Source of the DNA: Ostreococcus lucimarinus
Lineage: Eukaryota
Reading direction: 5' to 3' (one strand)
Assembly (NCBI GenBank): GCA_000092065.1
Contig: CP000593.1
DNA: 64,000 bases
In this document: positions 41,625 through 49,055 of the stretch, one piece after another
Numbering within the stretch: position 1 is the stretch's first letter
Layout: every line of letters starts with the position of its first letter
Program-made: the position numbers and the translations under genes
Notes under the pieces: model-generated
What the model was told of the DNA's origin: nothing
Database searches by the model: none
The model's input: only the letters and a program-made list of their open reading frames with translations

Positions 41625-41840
41625 CCCATACCCGATTGTCCGTGATGGAAAAGCGACACGACAACACTGTGACTTTCGTCGTTTCGGGGTGACGGATAGT
41701 ACTTTAAAAAATTTATCGCTATGAGTAATAAAAATAAACTTTTTTTTTGAGTTGGGGCACCCCAACATGATAAAACCGCACATCGACGTTGATGTACCGC
41801 ATGTAAGATTTCTCCAGAACCAATCGTGTGAGTGAAGTGG

Positions 41841-42338
41841 TCAAGCCAAGCCGCGTAACTCATCTACCGTAAATTGATACTTGTCGAGACTGCGCTTCGA
41901 AGGCAGCGTGCCGCGCGCTCGGGCATTCTTGAGGCACGTCTTGCGCAGTATTCCTTTTGCGTGCTGCTTGTAATAATTGAGTTGTCTGTAGTTACCATCG
42001 CCGCCGTCCCGCTTCGGCGTATATTGAGCTCTGCTGTAGGCTGGACTCTCGTCCACGTTCTCGCGGCACGCGTGTTTCTGGCTGCGTCCAGCAGCTCGGG
42101 AGTTGAATAAGCCGTCACGCTTCTCTCTCATGTAGGCACCTTTACGTTGATGGAGCTCTCCAGCTGGAATGTCCTTTTCGAGAACTCTCACGTCCGCGTC
42201 GCCAAACGTGAAGATTGGATGTCGTGCGTATTTATGCGAGGCAAGGCGCGCTCTGAGCGAACCCGTCGTCGATCCGATGTACGTTTTGTTACATTTCGCA
42301 TTATCGCTAAACATTTCGTACACGCATCCCGACGGCAT
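41841..42338 (-). CDS. GIY-YIG nuclease-domain protein (homing-endonuclease-like)
   Basis: N-terminus GCVYEMFS...KTYIGSTTGSLRARLASH fits the GIY-(10-11 aa)-YIG...R...H module, followed by VLE. Basic C-terminal half; ATG confirmed at 42338. Confidence 0.6.
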   Translation of the reverse strand: MPSGCVYEMFSDNAKCNKTYIGSTTGSLRARLASHKYARHPIFTFGDADVRVLEKDIPAGELHQRKGAYMREKRDGLFNSRAAGRSQKHACRENVDESPAYSRAQYTPKRDGGDGNYRQLNYYKQHAKGILRKTCLKNARARGTLPSKRSLDKYQFTVDELRGLA

Positions 42339-42516
42339 TTGTCCTGGTTACCTATCTATCCCTAAGAAAATATTGTTGCCAAAAGTGCCTCCTCCTGCGG
42401 TTTGCAGTCACATCCGAGAGACCATAGGTACGCGTATCGCTGCGTGGGCTGCAAGGTCCGGAATGTAGATACCGAACCGCCTGATTTCACACCTGGACGT
42501 TCGTGATCCGTCGAGA

Positions 42517-42707
42517 CCTGACGAAATGACGAACTTGTTTTGTCGTCCACAAATTCGTCAACCCGTCGTTCGGTGACACTTTGTGTGTACCAATGATGAA
42601 AATGACGAAATGTTAAAATATTTTAATGTTTATTTTTATTTTAGATCTATGACAAGCAACAGTGTGGACCTTTATGAAAACAGTTCGTCATTCGTCATTT
42701 CGTCAGG
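42517..42707. repeat. 17-bp perfect inverted repeat (42517..42533 / 42691..42707) around an AT-rich core, with reiterated AATGACGAA/TTCGTCATT motifs
   Basis: CCTGACGAAATGACGAA versus its exact reverse complement TTCGTCATTTCGTCAGG. Further copies of the TGACG-containing motif near 42601 and 42684. Confidence 0.85.
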
Positions 42708-42772
42708 ATCCAAACCATGGTCTTTTTGGTGTCTCGTTGAGTCTTCATATTGCAAATGTACGAATTACAAAA

Positions 42773-43069
42773 TTAGTATGAGCACCAGACGACCGCCGGC
42801 GCGAGCTCCGTCTCCCCTGTGTACCCATTGTCCTTCAGCCACTCGAAGCACCCGTCGCGGTGAATTTCCCAATAGACGCCCTTCTCGTCTCTACCTTGCC
42901 TCAGGTGGTCCTCTTCCATTGGGACCCTGTGGCCCTTTTCCTTCTTGAAGAAGTCCTTGAGCTTATTGCCGACCTTCGTCGCGCTATCTTGACCGCGCGC
43001 AGCCGCTGGCAACCACGTCTGGTATTCGATGAAGATGTCACTGTGTGCATAAAAATGACTTGCGCTCAC
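42773..43069 (-). CDS. Orphan ORF without ATG start (possible terminal exon or gene fragment)
   Basis: 98-codon frame opening with GTG directly after an in-frame TGA; composition looks coding (GVYWEIHRDGCFEWLKDNGYTGE). A 63-nt GTAAGC...CAG intron (43041..43103) could link it to upstream sequence, but no initiator ATG was found. Confidence 0.25.
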   Translation of the reverse strand: MSASHFYAHSDIFIEYQTWLPAAARGQDSATKVGNKLKDFFKKEKGHRVPMEEDHLRQGRDEKGVYWEIHRDGCFEWLKDNGYTGETELAPAVVWCSY

Positions 43070-43169
43070 ATCGGTGTGGGCTCACTATAAAGGACAAGCT
43101 TACATGTCGGAAGAGTTGCCCGAGTCCACATCTCCACCCTGTTCCGCTTCAGTGTCACCTAGAAAGACA

Positions 43170-44810
43170 TCAGACTAAGCCGTCGTTTTGAGAGGGCGCC
43201 GACTTTGCCTTTGGTTTTGCCTTCGACTTTGAAGTGGGTTGCGGCCTGATCTCCTCTTCGATCTCCTCGTCGTCGACCAAATCTTCGTCGATTTCTTCGT
43301 CGTCTTCGTCATCGACTTCGTCGTCTTCGTCTTCGTCGTCTTCGTCTAGAAAGACATCACCCATGACTGCTCTCCAGCCATCAGAACCCATTTCGAATTC
43401 TTCGTCGGTCAAGAGGCAAGAGTCCAACGTTGATTGAATTTCATCGTATTTAAGATCCTTGCCAATGAACACCAGTTCTTGTCGGCGATCACCATAAGGC
43501 CCCTCCCAGTCTTTACGAAGTTCTTGCTTTATCCCCTGTGAGCCGACCCAAGCATTTTTATTCAGCGCGGTCCATCGGCTTGATCCTTCGAGAGAGTAAA
43601 TATTACCAGCCTGACTGAAAACAATTATCAAGTCGTGGGCATCACTGAGCCACGTTACACCCTTCGAACGTAGCAGCACACCAATTTCACCTTCCCTTTT
43701 ACGGCGCTTGAGTTTCATCGCTTCTTGTCGCGCTCGAATATCTTTCACTGCACTCCAGTCTACACTTGGTGTCTCTTCATCTTTTTCTTCATCACGGTCA
43801 TCGGCCTCGAGGGAGCTGAAGAAGCGCTCGACAAATGAGCCTAAAAACCGTTTGGGATGAAAAGGTCTTCTGGCTCGGTAAATGAAAGACGTAATACCGA
43901 ACCGACTATCGTGACGTGTTTGGGAAGAACTTGGTGCAAGCGTGACCTCGCTTAAGGCTGTTTCTCTCATGCGAGCTCGCTTACAGCATGGAGACTCACC
44001 TTTGTCCCTAGCGCCGGCGCAGCATGACTTCACAGATGTTGCTTCTATCTCTTGTTCCCATGTTATGAAACCAGCAAAGTCATTCTCTTTGTAAAGTTTT
44101 GTATTGACGATTCGCGTAACGTCGATCGCGCCGTTCACAGCTTCAAGAATATCAGCACGTGAATTGAGAAGTTGTATCTGCGCTTTAATCTCGGCGAGTT
44201 GTTCGTCATCGACAGTGTCGACCTTGTTCAATACGACGACATTCGCGTACTCTATCTGTTCAGCCAACAATTGAGAGTAAGACTGCCTGTTCACAGCTGA
44301 CGCCCTGAAAGAATCAATCATGTCGAGAAAGTCACCTGCAGCGATGACCGTCACGCACGTATCCAGCCGCGCCAGTGTGCTCAAATGTTCATGCTCATCA
44401 ACGTGCGCAGCTTCATGATCGTGATCGTCCTCACAATTTGCGAAGAGTTTCGCAATTTCCGCCGGTTCCGACACTCCTGATGCCTCTACGATCATGTAGT
44501 CAAAATTGCCACTCTTGGCCATGTCCCCGATTTGTTTTACAAAGTCTCCGCTCAACGAACAGCACACGCATCCGTTCTGCATGGCAACCACCTCGTCGCT
44601 CTGCAGCAAAGCGGAATCATCGATTAATTTTTTGTCGATGTTCAACTCCGCGACGTCGTTCACGACGACGGCACACCGAAACTTTCCGTTCGCGTCTCGC
44701 TTAGCTTCGAGCACGCGTTTCAGAGTTGTCGTCTTCCCAGCGCCGAGGAACCCGCACAGCGTTGTCACCGGCAATCGATTATGATTGGCGATTGCGGCGG
44801 GTGTGGACAT
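43170..44810 (-). CDS. COG0523/CobW-family metallochaperone GTPase (ZNG1/ZCP-like zinc chaperone)
   Basis: P-loop GFLGAGKTT, canonical CxCC metal motif (NGCVCCS), His-rich stretch DDHDHEAAHVDEHEH, CobW_C region and a long Asp/Glu tail. ORF start 44915 is GTG, first ATG is 44810. Confidence 0.9.
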   Translation of the reverse strand: MSTPAAIANHNRLPVTTLCGFLGAGKTTTLKRVLEAKRDANGKFRCAVVVNDVAELNIDKKLIDDSALLQSDEVVAMQNGCVCCSLSGDFVKQIGDMAKSGNFDYMIVEASGVSEPAEIAKLFANCEDDHDHEAAHVDEHEHLSTLARLDTCVTVIAAGDFLDMIDSFRASAVNRQSYSQLLAEQIEYANVVVLNKVDTVDDEQLAEIKAQIQLLNSRADILEAVNGAIDVTRIVNTKLYKENDFAGFITWEQEIEATSVKSCCAGARDKGESPCCKRARMRETALSEVTLAPSSSQTRHDSRFGITSFIYRARRPFHPKRFLGSFVERFFSSLEADDRDEEKDEETPSVDWSAVKDIRARQEAMKLKRRKREGEIGVLLRSKGVTWLSDAHDLIIVFSQAGNIYSLEGSSRWTALNKNAWVGSQGIKQELRKDWEGPYGDRRQELVFIGKDLKYDEIQSTLDSCLLTDEEFEMGSDGWRAVMGDVFLDEDDEDEDDEVDDEDDEEIDEDLVDDEEIEEEIRPQPTSKSKAKPKAKSAPSQNDGLV

Positions 44811-44986
44811 GATGTACGGCGATCGACGTCTCCGCGCGCGAACGAGCCGAAGAGGCGTCGCGAAGTGCGGCGATGCGCGCGCGTCGTGCACGTGTCGACG
44901 ATTCGCGTCGTGCACGTGTCGAGGATCGTCGTACGCGACGCCCCGCGAAGCCCATCACGGATCGCGTCGCGACGCGCGTCGTAAAC

Positions 44987-45143
44987 ATGTCGACACGCAT
45001 GTCGACATATTTACCCACGCGCGTGTACGCATTGAACCCCGTGATGCATCTATATACGAAAAACGTCTCGACGCACATGTCGACATATTTCGACATATCC
45101 AAGTACCACCGAGATGTGTCGACACTGCGGCGGATGTCGACAT
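44987..45143. promoter_or_regulatory. Cluster of five perfect ZDRE decamers (RTGTCGACAY) in the COG0523/ZIP divergent promoter
   Basis: ATGTCGACAC 44987..44996; ATGTCGACAT 44999..45008; ATGTCGACAT 45077..45086; GTGTCGACAC 45116..45125; ATGTCGACAT 45134..45143. A one-mismatch copy GTGTCGACGA lies at 44892..44901. TATAAA at 45167..45172. Confidence 0.6.
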
Positions 45144-45368
45144 TTTGTCGTTCGCGAGTCGTGACTTATAAACGACCGCCCTCCATCGCGCCGGTTCGGT
45201 TCGTATGCCGCTTTAGTTTGTGCGCAGCCGCACTTACCGACGCCGGCGAAGACGACGACGACGACGGAAACGATGACGAACGAAAACACGAAGAACACGA
45301 AGACGACGATGCCGCCGCGCGAACGCGCACGCGGTGCGAGGACGGTCGAGCGACGACGAGGGCGAACG

Positions 45369-46802
45369 ATGCGCTGCGCGAGCGCGCTCGGTGGTGGCAT
45401 CGCGATCGTCGCGAGCGCGCTCGCGCAGCGCGGCGCGCACGCGTCCGGCGCGCACGCATTCGAATGGGCTGGAATCTTTGAGACGCCAGAGAATGAATAC
45501 GTGTGGCAGGCGCAAAAGGTGGCCGATAAGTACGCCGCCGATACCATGAAAATGGTCATCTACGACGAAATCGCCGCCGGACACGACGAGCTCGAAGCCC
45601 GCGAGGATAGCGGTGATACCGCAATCGGGGGAGCTTGTACGACGGCTAAGATACGAGATAGTGTTTTGACACCTGATAGTGGGTGTGTCAACCTTGAATT
45701 TGACAACACCTGGCACACGACGCCGTTTAAGATTAATACGACTGGCATCGACGCGATCTCAATCTTCGCTGAGCACGTTCCCACCGAGTTCGAGCGCGAC
45801 GCGCACTATCTCAAGGACCTCCACGGAGATGACGTGGTGCCAAAAGCTTCACTTCCCGAAGCATCCACCGTGAGCGAATCGAAATCAAAACCGTGGGCCA
45901 ACGCCATTGGGGCGGCAATTATCGTCAATATCGTCACACTTTCTGGTGTGGTCTTTCTCATCCCGAGTATCGCTAAGAAGCAGAAAGCGTACCCTGAAAC
46001 TGTGAGTTGCACAATTAACTCGTTTGCCGCCGGCGCACTTCTTTCGGCTGCGTTTTATCTGATGTTCTACGAAGCCACGCATTTAATCAAACCTGCTGGC
46101 TCGGATGAGGCAGAGCAGACCGCATGGTGGGCTTCCGCTTCTATCTTCGGCTTTCTCATGGCCTACTTCATCGACTTTGGTATCTCTGTCGTGTTCCCAA
46201 CTCTTGGAAATACAGCGAAGACAACCGATGCGGAACTTGCAGTCAAAGGCGCTCAAGATGACTGTGATACTTGTACTTGTAACTCACACAAGTATCGCGT
46301 TCGAAGTGGTATCATTCTTGGAGATTTCATGCACAACCTAGTGGATGGTATTTTCATTGGCTTCGGCTTTCTGAACTGCGACAGTACCATGGGATGGTCG
46401 ATCACCGCCGCGACCGTCTATCACGAAATCGCTCAAGAGCTTGCTGACTACTTGGTGCTCGTAGACCCCTTCCAGGGCGATCTCGCGCCGTTGCCGACGC
46501 TGACTTTAAACTTCGTTTCCGGCTTGAGTGTCATTCTTGGCGTCCTCATTAGTGTTGGATCGGGAAATAACAACGACTTCTGGCATGGACTGCTGCTCGC
46601 CTTCGGTGCTGGAGTCTATCTGCAAATCGCCGCCGCAGAGTGCATGCCCCGAGTATCAGTGAGCGCCACTTCACCTCGTCTTCGCGCGACGAGCATTCTC
46701 ACCTTCATCGTCGGCGTTGTTGCCATCAGTCTCGTGCTCCTCAACCACAAGCATTGCACAGGCGGTGGCGGTGGCGGAGACTCACACGCACACGCGCACT
46801 AA
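45369..46802 (+). CDS. ZIP-family (ZRT/IRT-like) divalent metal transporter with N-terminal extracytoplasmic domain
   Basis: ZIP signatures GDFMHNLVDGIFIG and YHEIAQELADY, multiple TM helices, Cys/His-rich loop (DDCDTCTCNSH), C-terminal GGGGGGDSHAHAH. ATG at 45369 gives a signal-peptide-like start (MRCASALGGGIAIVASALA); the upstream in-frame ATG at 45273 is also possible. Confidence 0.85.
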   Translation: MRCASALGGGIAIVASALAQRGAHASGAHAFEWAGIFETPENEYVWQAQKVADKYAADTMKMVIYDEIAAGHDELEAREDSGDTAIGGACTTAKIRDSVLTPDSGCVNLEFDNTWHTTPFKINTTGIDAISIFAEHVPTEFERDAHYLKDLHGDDVVPKASLPEASTVSESKSKPWANAIGAAIIVNIVTLSGVVFLIPSIAKKQKAYPETVSCTINSFAAGALLSAAFYLMFYEATHLIKPAGSDEAEQTAWWASASIFGFLMAYFIDFGISVVFPTLGNTAKTTDAELAVKGAQDDCDTCTCNSHKYRVRSGIILGDFMHNLVDGIFIGFGFLNCDSTMGWSITAATVYHEIAQELADYLVLVDPFQGDLAPLPTLTLNFVSGLSVILGVLISVGSGNNNDFWHGLLLAFGAGVYLQIAAAECMPRVSVSATSPRLRATSILTFIVGVVAISLVLLNHKHCTGGGGGGDSHAHAH

Positions 46803-47025
46803 TGAGAGCGGTAAAAAAATGTCAATTACTATCAAATCAAGTTGTGGCAAACACACCCACGGCCACTGACGGAGATCTATTTTTCAAGCTAGAGGATCAT
46901 ATAAATTGTAAATCGAAACGCTCTTCGTAATTTACGGCACCTGTTCCTCGATCTCCTGGCGAACATCGATGAATTATTTCGATAAGATGTCCCAGATGTT
47001 ACCCACACCACGGTACTTGTGAAGC

Positions 47026-47369
47026 TTAATCCAGATACGCGCGCACGCCTTTCTGAAGCATGGTCGGTACCTCGGCTTTCAACTTGTCTGGGAGCGTCGC
47101 GTCGGCGTCCTTGACCTCGCGCAGAAAATCGAGCACCCTATTGGTGGAGAACTGTCAGGGAAGGATCCAAGGTGGCGGCATTTGATACACAGGTTGCGCC
47201 AGGCTTTGTTAGACAGCAACGGACTCGATTTTACATCATCCGCCAGTATTGCAATTCCTACACGCTTCCCATTTAGCCAGTGCTTGGGCTCCTCGAATTG
47301 GTCTGTTTCGGGATTATACAGACTGAGCATCTCTGGGGTCAAATACTCGTCCCACACGGAGGCGTTCAT
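47026..47369 (-). CDS. Small orphan gene, 2 exons (47369..47235, 47151..47026); may be 5'-truncated at the repeat junction
   Basis: Two coding-looking frames join exactly by an 83-nt intron (47152..47234) with GTAAAA donor, CTAAC branch and pyrimidine tract + CAG. The open frame continues upstream to a TTTACAG acceptor-like site at 47419..47425, abutting the right repeat. Confidence 0.3.
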
Positions 47370-47432
47370 CAGGTGCCCATCGAGTTCCTTGTATTGCTTC
47401 AATCTCGTCGCGGTATCTCTGTAAACAATTTT

Positions 47433-47532
47433 GCTGGTAGAGTGTCAGACTGTTAGGAAAAAGTCTCCGTCGAATATGACGGCTGCTCCGATAGAGATCT
47501 GGAAGCCGCGGGATCGAAACCCGCAGGAAGAG
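47433..47532 (+). pseudogene. 5'-truncated copy of tRNA-Asn (D-loop to 3' end, intron included)
   Basis: Identical to 41498..41597 but lacks the acceptor 5' strand and D-stem 5' strand, so it cannot fold. Confidence 0.85.
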
Positions 47533-47534
47533 AT

Positions 47535-47544
47535 GTGTCGACAT
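47535..47544. promoter_or_regulatory. ZDRE-type palindrome GTGTCGACAT in right repeat copy
   Basis: Perfect RTGTCGACAY match, the counterpart of 41600..41609. Confidence 0.35.
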
Positions 47545-47770
47545 CACACCTTACTTTTTCCCACACCCGATTGTCCGTGATGGAAAAGCGACACGACAAC
47601 ACTGTGACTTTCGTCGTTTCGGGGTGACGGATAGTACTTTAAAAAATTTATCGCTGTGAGATTCACCCCCATGGGGGGAGCTCGGCTTCCCTGATTTTTT
47701 TGTCACTTTTTCACGACGCCGCGAACCCCTCGTCCCGAACTCCGAGACGCGACGCGAGACATCCATCCCA

Positions 47771-48943
47771 TCACACGAGTCGCCCCCCCGCGAGATAATC
47801 GGCGACTCGCACGACGCGCGCGTTCGCGTCGAACGCGCCCGCGTGGACGTCGTCGTCGCCCGCCGCGAGCGCGGCGCCTTCGTCGTCGAAATCCACCTCG
47901 TCGAGCGCTCGGTAGCTCTCCATCAACGCGGGATCTTTGGCGGCCATGAGCTTTAAATCTTCCAACACGCGGTCCAGATTGACGTCGTCGACGAAGTTTC
48001 CCGCGAACGCCACCGTGCAATCGAGGTTTCGAACGGCGTGCGGCGAGCCGCCCGGCACGAAAAGCACCTCGCCCGGGCCAAGATCGACGTCCCATCGGCG
48101 CGCGCCGAATTCACGCGGGAGCGGTAACATTCCCATCTCTTCTTGTTCCTCCAACGGTGGCATCGCGGGATCGAGCGTGCCGCGCGACCAGCTCGGCCGT
48201 AAAAACGCGAGCGATTCGCGCGAGAAGACGGTCCATCGCTTCGTGCCGCGCACCACGGCCATGAAAAAGTGCCCCTGCCACTGATCGACGTGCAGGGACG
48301 ATCGCGTGTTCTTCGCGGCGACAAACAAGCTCGGCCACGACCGTGAAAATGCCGTCAATCGCATCGTGCGCTGCATGTAATCGTGTGCCACGTACGCCGG
48401 TACGCGCACGCTCTCCGACAACGACGGCAGCTTGAGCGGAATCGACGTGTCGTACAAGTAACTCCCCGCCCCTCGATCGTCCACGACTTCCGCGAAAAAG
48501 TCCTTTAAATCCAAAACGTCCGTCACCTCGCACGACAGCGTCGCGCGTCGGTGACCATCCTTCCTCGTGACGGCGACTTTTTTATTCCCGGCGCGCCGCG
48601 TCAACCACGCGCACGTCTCGCCGTCCGCGCCGTCCTCCGTCAGCGCGCTCCCGAGCCCCTCGATCACGACCGGGGTATCCGTGGCGACGTATTCGAGTCG
48701 AAAACGTCGCGGCGTGAGATCGCGCGCGTGCACGCGCGCGACGTCGCGTCCCGTCGTCGTCGGTTTTTCGACACCCGAATCTGCGGCGGCGGCGGCGGCG
48801 AGCGTCGCGCGCGCGCGCTCGACGCGCGCGACGATCGCGTCGACGTACGCGCGACGACCGTCGTCGGTCTCTCGGGCAGCGCGCGCGGCGAGATCGGCGC
48901 GCTCGACGTCGAGGCGCGCGATCTCTTCGTCGAAAAGCGTCAT
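47771..48943 (-). CDS. JmjC-domain (cupin) protein
   Basis: SSLHVDQ...H Fe-binding pattern, FVPGGSPHAVRNL, JmjC-like length. Confidence 0.8.
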   Translation of the reverse strand: MTLFDEEIARLDVERADLAARAARETDDGRRAYVDAIVARVERARATLAAAAAADSGVEKPTTTGRDVARVHARDLTPRRFRLEYVATDTPVVIEGLGSALTEDGADGETCAWLTRRAGNKKVAVTRKDGHRRATLSCEVTDVLDLKDFFAEVVDDRGAGSYLYDTSIPLKLPSLSESVRVPAYVAHDYMQRTMRLTAFSRSWPSLFVAAKNTRSSLHVDQWQGHFFMAVVRGTKRWTVFSRESLAFLRPSWSRGTLDPAMPPLEEQEEMGMLPLPREFGARRWDVDLGPGEVLFVPGGSPHAVRNLDCTVAFAGNFVDDVNLDRVLEDLKLMAAKDPALMESYRALDEVDFDDEGAALAAGDDDVHAGAFDANARVVRVADYLAGGRLV

Positions 48944-49055
48944 CTTGTGCGGGACGGCGTCGGCTCGACCGCGCTCGACTCACTGCGACTGGCTCTGACT
49001 CTTCTACATCTTCGGGACGCGGCGTCCCGATCCCTAACGCGTTCGCCGTCGCGAC

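Larger units (their letters stand above)
41498..41720 (+). repeat. Left copy of 223-bp direct repeat (tRNA D-loop to 123 bp past the tRNA 3' end)
   Basis: Base-by-base comparison with 47433..47655 (offset 5935) gives 221/223 identical; mismatches at 41612/47547 and 41629/47564. Confidence 0.95.
41498..47655. mobile_element. Candidate tRNA-integrated genomic island (repeat-bounded, low GC, ~5.9 kb insert)
   Basis: Direct repeats containing the 3' portion of the tRNA, an abrupt compositional shift, a GIY-YIG ORF and different intron style inside. No integrase seen. Confidence 0.4.
47433..47655 (+). repeat. Right copy of 223-bp direct repeat
   Basis: See left copy; similarity starts abruptly at 47433 and ends at 47655. 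Confidence 0.95.

Noticed and set aside
41484-41720. Interpretation of the repeat unit as a tRNA-derived SINE (one full-length copy, one 5'-truncated copy)
   Set aside because: Not fully excluded, but disfavoured. The unit retains a tRNA intron and an internal T5 Pol III terminator 23 nt after the tRNA, has no poly(A) or simple-repeat tail, and the two copies exactly bracket a compositionally distinct block. A genome-wide copy count would settle it.
44876-45150. Repeat-spacer-like look of the reiterated 10-16-mers (possible CRISPR or minisatellite)
   Set aside because: This is a eukaryotic nuclear context, spacing is irregular, the units are short palindromes, and there are no cas genes. They are better explained as transcription-factor sites.
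45050-45559. ORFs 44779..45102, 44785..45171, 44873..45481 and 45050..45559 in the COG0523/ZIP intergenic region
   Set aside because: They overlap each other in several frames, are Arg-rich, and are built from the palindromic motif cluster, so this is promoter DNA.
47152-47195. 37-39-nt intron (GT(G)TATC...GACAG) to reconcile the two frames of the small island ORF
   Set aside because: It is too short and gives the wrong phase or a premature stop. The 83-nt GTAAAA...CTAAC...CAG intron fits exactly.
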